From IMG/VR virus record IMGVR_UViG_3300032770_000001, positions 62,001-126,000 of that record: a stretch of DNA of 64,000 nt. One strand, written 5' to 3'. Below, piece by piece: positions 10,969 through 21,173 of this stretch. The position numbers and the translations under genes are program-made. The notes under the pieces are model-generated. The model worked only from the letters and a program-made list of their open reading frames with translations. It did not search any database and was not told the origin of the DNA. Position 1 is the stretch's first letter, and each line of letters starts with the position of its first letter.

Positions 10969-12110
10969 TAGTTACCCCCATTCGCTACGGAGGTCGGCGT
11001 AGGTCCGGCGGCTGCAATCGGTGTCACGCTGGTGCCCGGAATATTCACGGTAGCCGGGACGCTGTCGCAGACATCAGTTGTGGTGCTAGGCAGCAAAGCC
11101 TGTTGCTGGAAACTGTTCACCGCAGGCGATAGCGTATACGGGTTGTTTGTAGTGGACGATGCAAGCGTCGGCACTACTGAATTTGATGGCGGCAGAATGT
11201 TGTTCAAGTTCTGTAAGCTGGTCGCCGACACGGTGTGTTGATATACCGAGTAGGCATTGCCCCGCTGAATGTCGTTCTGAATCTGATTCTGATACGGCGA
11301 GGATTTCTGGAACCGTTCCTTCCATGCGATGAAAGAAAGTTGAAAGTCCATTAGGAACGGCGAGTCCGCCGACTGATGAACCTGCAAAGTGTCGAACATC
11401 CCGTACCAGATGAAATTGCCGCAATTCAAAATCACGTCCTGATGCATCTTGATGCGGCGACGGGTAAAATCTGCCGCGAGCGGGCCTTCAGCCGCCTGCT
11501 CGCCCTCAAACCAGTAGCCGTTGTTCTCAAATACAACCTGAAGCTGTTCGAGATTTCGGTACGATTGGCTGTAGATCAGATATTGATCGGTGTTACCAAA
11601 AGCGAAATACTGTCCAGCCGTCTTCCCGCTCAGGTTGACTTGAATCATGTCTTCGCCCCATACACCGAACTGCCATCCAGCACGGGACATTGCCTGTGTG
11701 TCAATCGTCGAGCGGCTGATCGATACCTGACTGGGGTTGATAAGGAAGCGAAAGGTCGCGTTCTGCGTTGGATCATCGACGCCCTGCGAATCGATCCCGC
11801 GATTCTGAATCACGATGCTGATGTAGTCGATGTACGGGCGTAGTGCCGCGCTGACATAGAAATCCGACTGTTCGACAAGTTGATTGCGGCTGCCGGAGTA
11901 GCCGGACGCCTGCGGCGAATCCATGCCGGATGCGGTGTATTGTGCGTTGAAAGCATCTGACAACTCGTTCGGGTTAACCGGAGTCGGAATGATGCGCTTC
12001 TCCCCACGGATGGGAAGTTGCGTCGGCGACAGGTTGGGGTTTGCGGCCCCGTTTGTTCTAACGTCGCTGAGGTCATTCGATGGCTGATTATTTGGATTCT
12101 GCGCTGCCAT
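10968..12110 (-). CDS. Tail tube initiator/baseplate protein
   Basis: FLINPSQVSIS...WGEDMIQVNLSGKT...YGMFDTLQV...PFLMDFQLSF tube-like pattern. Confidence 0.55.
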   Translation of the reverse strand: MAAQNPNNQPSNDLSDVRTNGAANPNLSPTQLPIRGEKRIIPTPVNPNELSDAFNAQYTASGMDSPQASGYSGSRNQLVEQSDFYVSAALRPYIDYISIVIQNRGIDSQGVDDPTQNATFRFLINPSQVSISRSTIDTQAMSRAGWQFGVWGEDMIQVNLSGKTAGQYFAFGNTDQYLIYSQSYRNLEQLQVVFENNGYWFEGEQAAEGPLAADFTRRRIKMHQDVILNCGNFIWYGMFDTLQVHQSADSPFLMDFQLSFIAWKERFQKSSPYQNQIQNDIQRGNAYSVYQHTVSATSLQNLNNILPPSNSVVPTLASSTTNNPYTLSPAVNSFQQQALLPSTTTDVCDSVPATVNIPGTSVTPIAAAGPTPTSVANGGN

Positions 12111-12113
12111 ATC

Positions 12114-13571
12114 TTAAAAAGTCCCTGTGAACGGGAAATAGTACGAACTCAGTGTCCGTTCAACTTGGAAAACGAAATTAAAGTTCCATGAAAATGGTTT
12201 CTCTGCATCAACTGCCCACGATAAACTCTTGAAATAGCCGAGATACGTGCTATTACGGTATTTCATGACCACATAACCCTTCGTCAGCACATCATTGGCA
12301 CGGGAGTTCCGCTGAAAGCTTGTAGTTCCCTGCGAAGGCACCCATGCTGTCGGCGAATATTGGGACGTGGAATCAAACGCCCCGTCCGTTCTGGTGTTGT
12401 TTCCCTGATACCAGACCACGCCGTTCATCTGGAACAACTTCAAAAACTCAGTGAAGCAGTCTTGAGCCGCAATACGCAATGCTTCCGGATTGTTGATTAA
12501 CGACTGGTTGGTCACGTTGCTGCTGCTGGTGCTGGGTCTCTGCTGTCCGGTCTGCTGGTTAATGAACGCTTCCTGCACCTGCTGGAAAACATCGTCCGGT
12601 ACGTCCGCGATGCTGAAGTAGTCTGTCAACCCATACTGATTCATGAACACGCCAGTCGAAGCGGAGCCCGTAATCAAATCGGGCTGCATTCCCCAAAACG
12701 TAACGTGATGTCCGGTGCGAGTCTGTTGTTTATTGAACACGTGTTTGCTCTGAACCGCGAAGTCATTCATCGAGCAGTTTAGTTGCAAAGTCGTGACTTC
12801 CCCGGTATTCGGATTCGTCAGCATCTCTCCGGTGAGTTGGCTCAGATAGACTTGAAAAACTACTGGCTGCACCGATTGACGAACGCGCTTATTCCCAGTG
12901 ATGAGGCTCGCATCGTTGTACCACGGTATTTCACTCATCCCACTGGTGATCTCAAGATTTGTGCTGTACATCGCAGCGTAATCCGCATCAGTGATATCTT
13001 GCCCGGTCGGAGTGGTCGCGTTCGTTGGGTTATCGCCGACAAGCGCCCCGTTGCTATTGGTGCCCTGCGTAGAACCTGTTGCTCCGGTTTGTTGTCCCGG
13101 TACGCTACCTGTCGTTGCCAATTTGTTTGCCGGAAGGATGTCACTTGCCGCCTTGACTGGGACGACACCGCTAGTCAATTGCTGCATTGTGACAGCCGCT
13201 CCCGGTGGGTTTGGAATGCCAAGGGCTTTAGCTACGCCGTTTGCCCAATTCGGGTCGGCGGCATACTGAGAGCCCACATCAGCGAGCGTCACCGTCTCCG
13301 GATTGCCGCAATAAGTATTGCTGTTCTGATTCAGAATGTGCGCAGTCTGACTCTGGAGCGCATTGAAACCATCCGTGGAAGTGGGATAAATGATGTGTCC
13401 CTGATCGTCTACAGGATAGTTGTTCGGGTTGTTACTCCCGCTCGAAGTCACCTTGATATCGCCGGGATTGTTGTTGCGAGCGGGGCGCGATCCAGCCACA
13501 TTGTAGCCCTCTTGCAGACCGATAGCGGCTGCGAGTGACAACGTGATGGGATCATTTGCGGTTACTGGCAT
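12114..13571 (-). CDS. Baseplate protein with N-terminal lysozyme-like domain
   Basis: AIGLQEG...RNNNPGDIK domain followed by a tube-like domain (YLGYFKSLSW...PFSWNFNFVF). Confidence 0.6.
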   Translation of the reverse strand: MPVTANDPITLSLAAAIGLQEGYNVAGSRPARNNNPGDIKVTSSGSNNPNNYPVDDQGHIIYPTSTDGFNALQSQTAHILNQNSNTYCGNPETVTLADVGSQYAADPNWANGVAKALGIPNPPGAAVTMQQLTSGVVPVKAASDILPANKLATTGSVPGQQTGATGSTQGTNSNGALVGDNPTNATTPTGQDITDADYAAMYSTNLEITSGMSEIPWYNDASLITGNKRVRQSVQPVVFQVYLSQLTGEMLTNPNTGEVTTLQLNCSMNDFAVQSKHVFNKQQTRTGHHVTFWGMQPDLITGSASTGVFMNQYGLTDYFSIADVPDDVFQQVQEAFINQQTGQQRPSTSSSNVTNQSLINNPEALRIAAQDCFTEFLKLFQMNGVVWYQGNNTRTDGAFDSTSQYSPTAWVPSQGTTSFQRNSRANDVLTKGYVVMKYRNSTYLGYFKSLSWAVDAEKPFSWNFNFVFQVERTLSSYYFPFTGTF

Positions 13572-13579
13572 GTCTCACC

Positions 13580-16500
13580 TTAGCGTGGCGGCCCGGCGTT
13601 GGCTGCCTTGGCTCTGTAATAGTCCGCGTTTCCGTTCCCCGCCGTTTCACTGGAACTAATCATGGAGTTGCGTTCTTCAATGTAGTGCTTGATGTCGGCG
13701 TCATTGTAGGTGTGGTTAATGACCGTCTGGATGACATGTCCGGTGACCTTGCCAGTCGCATCCGTAACCTGCGTATCCTGCAACAGACCACGTGACTGGA
13801 AGGCAAGAATCTGATTCTTGACCTTCTCGAATTGGTCATCGGTGAGGGTAAAGCCGTATTGTCCTGCGGTCGGACCTGTTGTAGCCTGCGTTGCCGTCAC
13901 ATTCATTGAACCCATGAGATCGGTGATCGGTTTATTCAGATCGACGAGGGCATTTGCCATGATGCCAATCTGATCGCCAGCCTGTTTCATTCCTCGTCCG
14001 GTGTTTACGCCGAAATCTCTGTCTTTGATGTCGCTGAGCAACTGGCTGGTATCGGTGATTTGTTTGTCGATACTGGTAGTATCTTCGCCATTTGAAACCA
14101 TCTGGCTCTTGATATCGTTCAAGGCATCGAGCTTACGCGACACAACATCCGTAGCATCCGCTGTGAGTTTTGCGTTGTCGGTCTGCTTCATCACGTCCCC
14201 AGCTTTTTTCTCTTCGTCAGCGTTGATGCCTGTACCGAAAATGCTGGAGTGTGCGAAGAAACCGCGAATCTCTTCCAAGATGCCGATGACTTTGTTGAAC
14301 AACGCGGGGATGATGTTCTTGATTACTTCCTCAATGGTTTGAGTCGCTCCACCGATCTGACGGGCGGTTCCGAGGTCGGTACCCTTTTGCTGCTGGAGAT
14401 CGGCCTTAGCCATTCCCTTCTGTAGTTCAGTATCGTTCTGGAACAATTCGGCAAGATCGCTGAGCAAGAAAAGCATCTTACCGCCAGTGCGACGATCCAT
14501 ACTCCAACGAGTCAATGCCTTCTGCTGCATCGTAATGCCAGCTTTCATCTCAGCATCAGTCGGCTTATCCAAATTCGGGTCGGCTTTGAACAGGTTGGGG
14601 TCGGACTTCTGGAGCATCGCGTATACACGTGCCGCCATTTCCGGACTCTGTTCGGAGGTCTGCAAACGAGTCAACGCTTGCGAGTGCATCGACTGACGCA
14701 TATCTTCCATGAACGCTGGGTCACCGAGGAACGTACCGCTCAGCATGTTGCCGAGCATCCCGGCGTCAGCCCCACCCTTAAAGAACATCGACGCCACGTC
14801 CATGCCTTTACCAGCTTTTCCCTGAATCGTCTTCAGAGTTTGCAAAGTCATAGCACGCATGATCTCAGGGTTCTTATTCAAACGTGTCGATTCGAGACCA
14901 CCTGCGATGTCAATCGCATTCTTGCCGCTGGAGAAAAGTCCGATACCTTCCGTCGTAGCCTGCGCTGCTTCCACCAATTGATATAATTGGGTGATATCGC
15001 GATCCGCGATGTTAGCTCCACCAGCACGAGCCTTCGCGACCATCGTCGGAATTTTCGCCTGAAGATTCGCCACGCCGCCCGGAGCCATCAAATCGGCCAT
15101 GATGTCTTGAGTTGACATGGCGAGACCCAAACCCTGCATCGCACTACCAATTTTGTTCGCCTGCATTCCCAGTGTTGCTTGCAGGTTCTTGGCGACCCCG
15201 GCTTGTCCCGCCGTACCCATTTGCTGAATGATGAAAGCGTTTGTCGCTTTATCCTGTGGACGGTTGACGCCATAGATCGCCGATAAGTTCTGATTCAGGT
15301 CTTCGGCGGTTTCAGTTGCCGAGGAACTCAGCATACGCATGGTACCTGCGACCTCATCAATGGCCTTGTTGAAACGGCTGAAGTGGTCTGTGATACCTTC
15401 AAGGATCGACACGTACTTGATGCCGGAAATGCCTGCCGCACGCGAGTCCTTCTCGATATTGACAAAGAAATCCTGCGCATCGCTCAAGGATTCCTGATAC
15501 TGCATCGCAAGCTTGAGCGTGGTTTCAACGCCCTGTTGATCGGTCATGCCTAGAATGCGTCCCTGCACTGAGGCGATTTGCTGCATCTGACCGAATGTGC
15601 CGCCTGCAAATTCCGACTCACCCCCATAAGCCCCAGTCCGTTTCTTGTTCAGATTGAGACTGGTAAGGTCTTCGATGTTCAGACCCATGTCCGCTACCGT
15701 CTGCGCCATTTTAAGATTGCGTTCGAAATTCAGACCGAGACGATTCGGCATCAGGTTGGTGAGGTTGGAACGAACAATATCCATCGCCTGCATTCCACCC
15801 ATCCCGCCAGTGAAAATACCGCCCTTGCCGAGCGCCGTTTCAACCTCTTTGTTCATCTTGGCGTTCACATCCCAGAGGTCAGTAAGAAACTCAGCGACCA
15901 TCAGGTATGGGTTCAATTTCCCAATGATTCCACCCAGAGCGCCCTCACCGGAGACGAGTCCCGCTCCCGGCAATGCTTTCATCATGCCGCCAAGCCCGGT
16001 TCCTGCACCACCACCATAACCACCAGCGATGAGCTTCTGCATAAACGTGTACTCGCCGGGGTCTTTACCTTCCATCCCAGCGGCAGCTTCGGAGAATCGT
16101 CTACCGTAACCCAACTGACGGTAAGTTTCCGGACGAGAATAATCCATCGGGCCGTGTCCGACCATACCCGCCTTTTGCAAACGTTGAACCATCGCATCGC
16201 GGCTGGCTACGAACTTTTCACGTCCGGCTGCGGTTGTGGCAGTAGCCTTCAGTTTCCCGAAGTCGCGGAGATTTTTCCCCGCCTGCGCCATTTGTACCCA
16301 TTTCTCCATGTCTCTGGGTTTGAGGAAACCGACATCAGCAAGATGCTTACGAACACCCATGAGGGATTTGGAGAACGTGTCCATCGTCACGTTGCCGAGA
16401 TTCTTGGACAACACGCTTGTTTCTCGATTCAGACGACCAACGAAATTCAGGAGCCCTTGATGCTTTTTATCGTCCAATGCTTCATCGAGATTCGCACTGA

Positions 16501-16978
16501 GATCGTGAATCGTCGCGTTCAACTGCCCGATGCGCTGTTTTTGACGGTTGATTTCTTTCTGACTGAGGATGCCGCGATCAATCAAGCGTTGGCTGGCTGC
16601 GACCATAGCCTCCAATGCGGCGACCGCCTCTCGCGGCATACGAGTCTTTGAAAGGTCTCTGGACATGGTCTTGGTGTAGTCGTGCATACCCTTCATCGCG
16701 TCTTGCGCATCATCAGCGGCAGCCACGATGCCGACCATCTCGGTTTTAGCTTTCTCGAACTTTTTACTGATTGACTCGGCGAGACCGGGGAAGGTCGCGA
16801 GCGTGTCTTTCAAGCTGGAAACAGTACGGGCATTGTCCGCGATGCTGTTTGCTACTTGATTGAGTCCGTTAACGAGGTTGGTGTAGTCCTGCGGAGGCAC
16901 ACCGCCGCCTCCCGGAGGGGTTCCGCCTCCCGGTGGAATACTACCGCCGCCCGGTGGTGTCATTGGGGGTGTGCCCAT
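13580..16978 (-). CDS. Tape measure protein
   Basis: 1132 aa, helical and rich in A/G/M/Q; lies between chaperone-like genes and baseplate genes. Confidence 0.7.
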   Translation of the reverse strand: MGTPPMTPPGGGSIPPGGGTPPGGGGVPPQDYTNLVNGLNQVANSIADNARTVSSLKDTLATFPGLAESISKKFEKAKTEMVGIVAAADDAQDAMKGMHDYTKTMSRDLSKTRMPREAVAALEAMVAASQRLIDRGILSQKEINRQKQRIGQLNATIHDLSANLDEALDDKKHQGLLNFVGRLNRETSVLSKNLGNVTMDTFSKSLMGVRKHLADVGFLKPRDMEKWVQMAQAGKNLRDFGKLKATATTAAGREKFVASRDAMVQRLQKAGMVGHGPMDYSRPETYRQLGYGRRFSEAAAGMEGKDPGEYTFMQKLIAGGYGGGAGTGLGGMMKALPGAGLVSGEGALGGIIGKLNPYLMVAEFLTDLWDVNAKMNKEVETALGKGGIFTGGMGGMQAMDIVRSNLTNLMPNRLGLNFERNLKMAQTVADMGLNIEDLTSLNLNKKRTGAYGGESEFAGGTFGQMQQIASVQGRILGMTDQQGVETTLKLAMQYQESLSDAQDFFVNIEKDSRAAGISGIKYVSILEGITDHFSRFNKAIDEVAGTMRMLSSSATETAEDLNQNLSAIYGVNRPQDKATNAFIIQQMGTAGQAGVAKNLQATLGMQANKIGSAMQGLGLAMSTQDIMADLMAPGGVANLQAKIPTMVAKARAGGANIADRDITQLYQLVEAAQATTEGIGLFSSGKNAIDIAGGLESTRLNKNPEIMRAMTLQTLKTIQGKAGKGMDVASMFFKGGADAGMLGNMLSGTFLGDPAFMEDMRQSMHSQALTRLQTSEQSPEMAARVYAMLQKSDPNLFKADPNLDKPTDAEMKAGITMQQKALTRWSMDRRTGGKMLFLLSDLAELFQNDTELQKGMAKADLQQQKGTDLGTARQIGGATQTIEEVIKNIIPALFNKVIGILEEIRGFFAHSSIFGTGINADEEKKAGDVMKQTDNAKLTADATDVVSRKLDALNDIKSQMVSNGEDTTSIDKQITDTSQLLSDIKDRDFGVNTGRGMKQAGDQIGIMANALVDLNKPITDLMGSMNVTATQATTGPTAGQYGFTLTDDQFEKVKNQILAFQSRGLLQDTQVTDATGKVTGHVIQTVINHTYNDADIKHYIEERNSMISSSETAGNGNADYYRAKAANAGPPR

Positions 16979-16984
16979 TTAGCT

Positions 16985-17623
16985 TTACTTCATCTCCGTT
17001 GGTTCTGAACTCAGACCCTCTTCCGGCTCCGGCTCATAGAGTTTCGAGACGGTGTCTTCAATGATCTGCTTGTTCATGTTGTCAATCTGCTCGCGTGCCT
17101 GCTCGAACAGACGGCGTTCCACGTCAGTCATCAACGCTGATTCCGGCAAACTTTCGCGGAGATGGTCTTCGATCTTCTGGCTGTGGGCCATCAAAATCTT
17201 CCAGAGCACCTGCACGATTTCCTGACCCCAGCCGAGGAGCATATTTTTGAGCACGACTTGGATATCGCGCTCCTCATTCGTCTTAGGGTCTCTGATAATA
17301 CGTTGGGCAGGCGTAAGTTTCTTGATACTGACGCCGTTGAGCCACGAGATCGAACGGGAAAGGATTTCAATCTTGACCGTCTTGATCCAGTTGTAGCCCT
17401 TAATGCCTTCGGCAGCGACCATTGACTCCATCTCGTCGGTAGACGGGATATTGGAAATGCGCAGCCGCACGCTTCTTCCACTTTTGAGGGTGATAGTCAG
17501 GACCTCTTCCAACTCCTCGATGCCAAACCCCTGAAGGCTATCGATAATCTCCTGAAGAGACTTTGGGACTTCTTCCACCTGAGGCGTCAGTTCGGCCTGC
17601 GCTACCTGTACCTTCTCATCCAT
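16985..17623 (-). CDS. Tail/baseplate assembly chaperone-like protein
   Basis: Acidic 212-aa ORF directly upstream of the tape measure gene. Confidence 0.5.
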   Translation of the reverse strand: MDEKVQVAQAELTPQVEEVPKSLQEIIDSLQGFGIEELEEVLTITLKSGRSVRLRISNIPSTDEMESMVAAEGIKGYNWIKTVKIEILSRSISWLNGVSIKKLTPAQRIIRDPKTNEERDIQVVLKNMLLGWGQEIVQVLWKILMAHSQKIEDHLRESLPESALMTDVERRLFEQAREQIDNMNKQIIEDTVSKLYEPEPEEGLSSEPTEMK

Positions 17624-17674
17624 AAAACACTCCTCTGCTTAACGAACCAGCAACAGCAAACTCGAAAAACACCG

Positions 17675-18826
17675 TTAGCGATATCTTTTGAGCTTATCTA
17701 CTCCAGATTGAACAACTTCGCGTGCATCCCGGTCGAAATGCGGGCTCTTCTTCTTCGGCAACTGTCCTTTCTTCAGGGCAGCCTCCCGTTCCCGGATTTC
17801 TTTTTCGGTGTACACGAAAACCTTTTCCTCAACCACGCCGGGGGTGGTGTAGCCTTTGCTCTTACGCTTGGCTTCCAATGCCGCAACCCGTTTGGCTTCG
17901 TCCTTCTCTCGTGATTTATCGAAAGCCGCCATCGCTTTCTCGTGTTTGTCGCCCCGCATCATGCCCAACATTTCGCGTTCGAGATCGGCGACAGAATCAC
18001 CGGGGTGCCCCCAACCATCACCCATATCGCGCTTCGGATCGGCACGGACGATCTGCATCCATGGGTCCATGGAATCGACCGCCAGCCGCCGTTGAATGGA
18101 CTTGAGTTCACTTTGCAGCGGATCAGCATTACGTCCGGCCATCGGACGAATGGTCAACAAGGCATTCCAGTTCTCATCCAGACGTTTCTTCGCCTGCTCA
18201 CGGTACGTGCACAAGGTCGCCCACATCCGGGCGTGATCGGGAGGCTGCGCGATCTTGACGGTTTTGCCATCCGGCATGGTAACCTCTTTGTTTTCATAGG
18301 AGGTTACGTTGGTACTGTTACCAAACCAGAGGTTCTCCGAGGTCTGGGTGCATGAAAACGCCGACAGGTAAGGCCACAGAGACATGTCGTATTCGGTCAT
18401 CCGCTTCACCACCGACATCAGGCTTTGAAGCTCGGCGGCTGACATGTTGTTGATCTGGTCAATATCAAACGAAGTACCCAGCAACAGGATGTTAGTAACG
18501 AATTCATTAGGGTCTTTTATCCATCTTTTCAACCACTTACGCTCAGATGGGTGTACCCCGCGCACCCAGCCGACCTGCTTATCGCCGGACATCAATGGAC
18601 GTATCCGGGCTCCGACTTCGATCAGTTCTTCGCAGTTTTCAGACACCCGGCGACGGACGGATTCGAGGTACTCAGTTGGGGCCTGAGGGGCTTCCCCGGA
18701 GTTGATCCGGTCGAGCAGGTCTCTGCCAGAAGGTAGCGGATTACGCCGGGGGGAGGACGCCGGACGTGGGTGCCGAGTCTCGAATTGACCACCGAGGACG
18801 GAACGATTAACGGGAGGGGTTGACAT
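17675..18826 (-). CDS. Hypothetical protein (tail assembly region)
   Basis: Start at 18826 (MSTPPVN) with GGAGGA RBS. Confidence 0.6.
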   Translation of the reverse strand: MSTPPVNRSVLGGQFETRHPRPASSPRRNPLPSGRDLLDRINSGEAPQAPTEYLESVRRRVSENCEELIEVGARIRPLMSGDKQVGWVRGVHPSERKWLKRWIKDPNEFVTNILLLGTSFDIDQINNMSAAELQSLMSVVKRMTEYDMSLWPYLSAFSCTQTSENLWFGNSTNVTSYENKEVTMPDGKTVKIAQPPDHARMWATLCTYREQAKKRLDENWNALLTIRPMAGRNADPLQSELKSIQRRLAVDSMDPWMQIVRADPKRDMGDGWGHPGDSVADLEREMLGMMRGDKHEKAMAAFDKSREKDEAKRVAALEAKRKSKGYTTPGVVEEKVFVYTEKEIREREAALKKGQLPKKKSPHFDRDAREVVQSGVDKLKRYR

Positions 18827-19319
18827 TCTTTTCCTCCACAACGATCTGTTCGGAGGATGCGCGGGTCGCCCCACGGAGTTTGGAGCCCTTAGCAATCGCG
18901 GCTTCCAACTCGCGAGCCGCCTCCATTTCCTCGCGACCGAACTTGCGTTCCATCATCTCTTCGACCTGTTTGAATGTGTCTTCCTCTTGGTCATGCTGAG
19001 CCGCTTCCACCTGTCGGTAATACTTCATCGGCTCCGGTGCCTTGTAAAGACCGAGAGTTGTGAACAGATGGGCGGCAGGCAATTTACCCCTGTACACGAT
19101 GAAAATTCGGCTGATGATCGTAAGCGGAATCGCCTCAAACACTTTCATCGAATCGGTGAGTGATGTGATCGGAAAGCCGGACACTTCCGTCAGTGCATGG
19201 GCAAGCAACTGACGACGACGGTCCAACTTCGGCTCAGGCTTGATCGACAACTCCTCTCGCCAAGTGAGCGGTTTGAACCGAAATCGGTATTTCAGGATGT
19301 TGACTTCGACTGTGTCCAT
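18807..19319 (-). CDS. Hypothetical protein (chaperone-like)
   Basis: 170 aa; first gene of the minus-strand operon. Confidence 0.55.
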   Translation of the reverse strand: MDTVEVNILKYRFRFKPLTWREELSIKPEPKLDRRRQLLAHALTEVSGFPITSLTDSMKVFEAIPLTIISRIFIVYRGKLPAAHLFTTLGLYKAPEPMKYYRQVEAAQHDQEEDTFKQVEEMMERKFGREEMEAARELEAAIAKGSKLRGATRASSEQIVVEEKNVNPSR

Positions 19320-19547
19320 GCAAGAAACGAACGGAAAGACCGGGAACCGAAAATCGCCTCAACTGGTTAATACGGAAGAAAACAGCAGCGAACGCGGTAT
19401 TGAATAGTACGCGCTCCCGAACTGCGTAGTCCAAAATTCGCGGTCGGGTTTGAAGGGGGATGTGTTTCCGTCCCTTACACTCCCCCTTCTCATATAACCG
19501 GAGGAATGGGACGGGGTGTTAAATAACTCTCCGAAAGAGGACGACAG

Positions 19548-21173
19548 TTGATCGATTTGTTCGTGTATCACCTTCTCTCCGGGACAGAAAACCCGGAACT
19601 CTACGAGCTATTTCTGAAGAACAGAAAGACGCTCTTGACTATCGCGCAAAAACCCAAGCTGGATGATAACGAATACTACAAAGTGCTTGAGTTCATCATC
19701 GGCTACTCCGAAAAGTACAACAAGCTCCCGGAAAACGCCAAAAAACTGAGAGACTTCATCAAGAACTCCCCCGATCTCGATGTCACTGAGTCGTGGACTG
19801 CTTCGCTCGTCAATGCCTTGAAAGAACTCAACAACATGGATGAGACCCGCCTGAAACTGTGCGGCGATTTCAACGTGATGATTGACAACGTCATCAACGA
19901 CGCACGCAAGGACTGGATGCTCTTCACCGCACGCCGCTTTTGCGACATCGTGGTGAACGGGCCGACACTCCAGCAGGAGAAAAAAGGTAAAGACAAAGTG
20001 CAGTCCGGGCCGAATGATGCGAAAACGTATCTGCTCTCCGAACTGATGCACGACGTAAACTCACAAACCGAGATCGAAGCTGGTTTGCTCCATGAGAACG
20101 TTGATAAAGTCGCGATCTCATTGGACAGCCGCCTAGCCGAAGAAAACGCGGAAGGCCGCATAAAGACTGGCTGGGATCATGTTGACCAAGCTATTATTAT
20201 TGGTCGTCAGGCACTACGTTACATCGGCATCGCAGGCATGTCAGGTGACGGTAAATCTACGATCCTGAACACGCTGGTGTACAACTTCCTGCGTGGGGGC
20301 AAAAACGGTCTCTACCTCAGCTTCGAGCATTCACCGCTCGAAATCTGGGAGTTCATGGCGTTCCTGCATTCCGCACATCCGGATTACGTGGATTGGGAAA
20401 TGCAGCTTCCATCACTCACTGAATGGGACTTGGCGAAAGACCCTGAGTCCGGCGTGACCGTAACGAAAGAGCACATGGAATTCATGGGGCAATTGCTCAA
20501 GGATATCCAAAGCCGCAAGAACCTGCCCGGTTTGCTCGATGTGCAGGACGCATCGCGCATCGCAACCTTCGATCAGTTCGTGGCACACCTTGAAGCGTTC
20601 AACGAGAAGTATCAGTACGACTTCGCGGTGATCGACTACATGGCACGCATGGACGTTGGCGGCGATGCCCGTTGGCGTGAGAAAGAGATTGGTTCCATCA
20701 TTCACCGTGGACAACTTCTTACCCGCACGTTCGACAACGGTAAAGGCTTGGTGCTCGTGACGCCGATGCAGATCAACCGCGAAGCTCACAAACAGGCTGG
20801 ACGCGAGGCAAAAGATGCCGCCGAGAATCAGAACGAAGGTTTACTGGTTCCCTACGACATCAACGCTGTCGCGAATTTCAGCGAATACCAACACGATCTG
20901 GATTACATCTTCGCCGTATACTCCACCGAAGACATGAAGAAAAATTATCAAATGCTGATGCAGACCCTCAAGGTCCGCAAGGGTAAGCGCCCGAAGCAAA
21001 TGATGATGAAAATCGATCAGGTCTCCGGTATGGTAGCTCCCTATGTTGGCAAAGAGCCCACAAAGGCAGTATCCTCCATTATGGAGGAAGGTGATGATGA
21101 GCTACCTCCATCGACAGATACGCCGAAGTCTGAAGTCATCGATTTCGGAATTGACATGGGTGACGGTAAATGA
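19548..21173 (+). CDS. dnaB: Replicative DNA helicase, DnaB/SF4 family
   Basis: Walker A GMSGDGKST, YLSFE, AVIDY (Walker B), TPMQINR and KVR motifs. Confidence 0.85.
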   Translation: MIDLFVYHLLSGTENPELYELFLKNRKTLLTIAQKPKLDDNEYYKVLEFIIGYSEKYNKLPENAKKLRDFIKNSPDLDVTESWTASLVNALKELNNMDETRLKLCGDFNVMIDNVINDARKDWMLFTARRFCDIVVNGPTLQQEKKGKDKVQSGPNDAKTYLLSELMHDVNSQTEIEAGLLHENVDKVAISLDSRLAEENAEGRIKTGWDHVDQAIIIGRQALRYIGIAGMSGDGKSTILNTLVYNFLRGGKNGLYLSFEHSPLEIWEFMAFLHSAHPDYVDWEMQLPSLTEWDLAKDPESGVTVTKEHMEFMGQLLKDIQSRKNLPGLLDVQDASRIATFDQFVAHLEAFNEKYQYDFAVIDYMARMDVGGDARWREKEIGSIIHRGQLLTRTFDNGKGLVLVTPMQINREAHKQAGREAKDAAENQNEGLLVPYDINAVANFSEYQHDLDYIFAVYSTEDMKKNYQMLMQTLKVRKGKRPKQMMMKIDQVSGMVAPYVGKEPTKAVSSIMEEGDDELPPSTDTPKSEVIDFGIDMGDGK

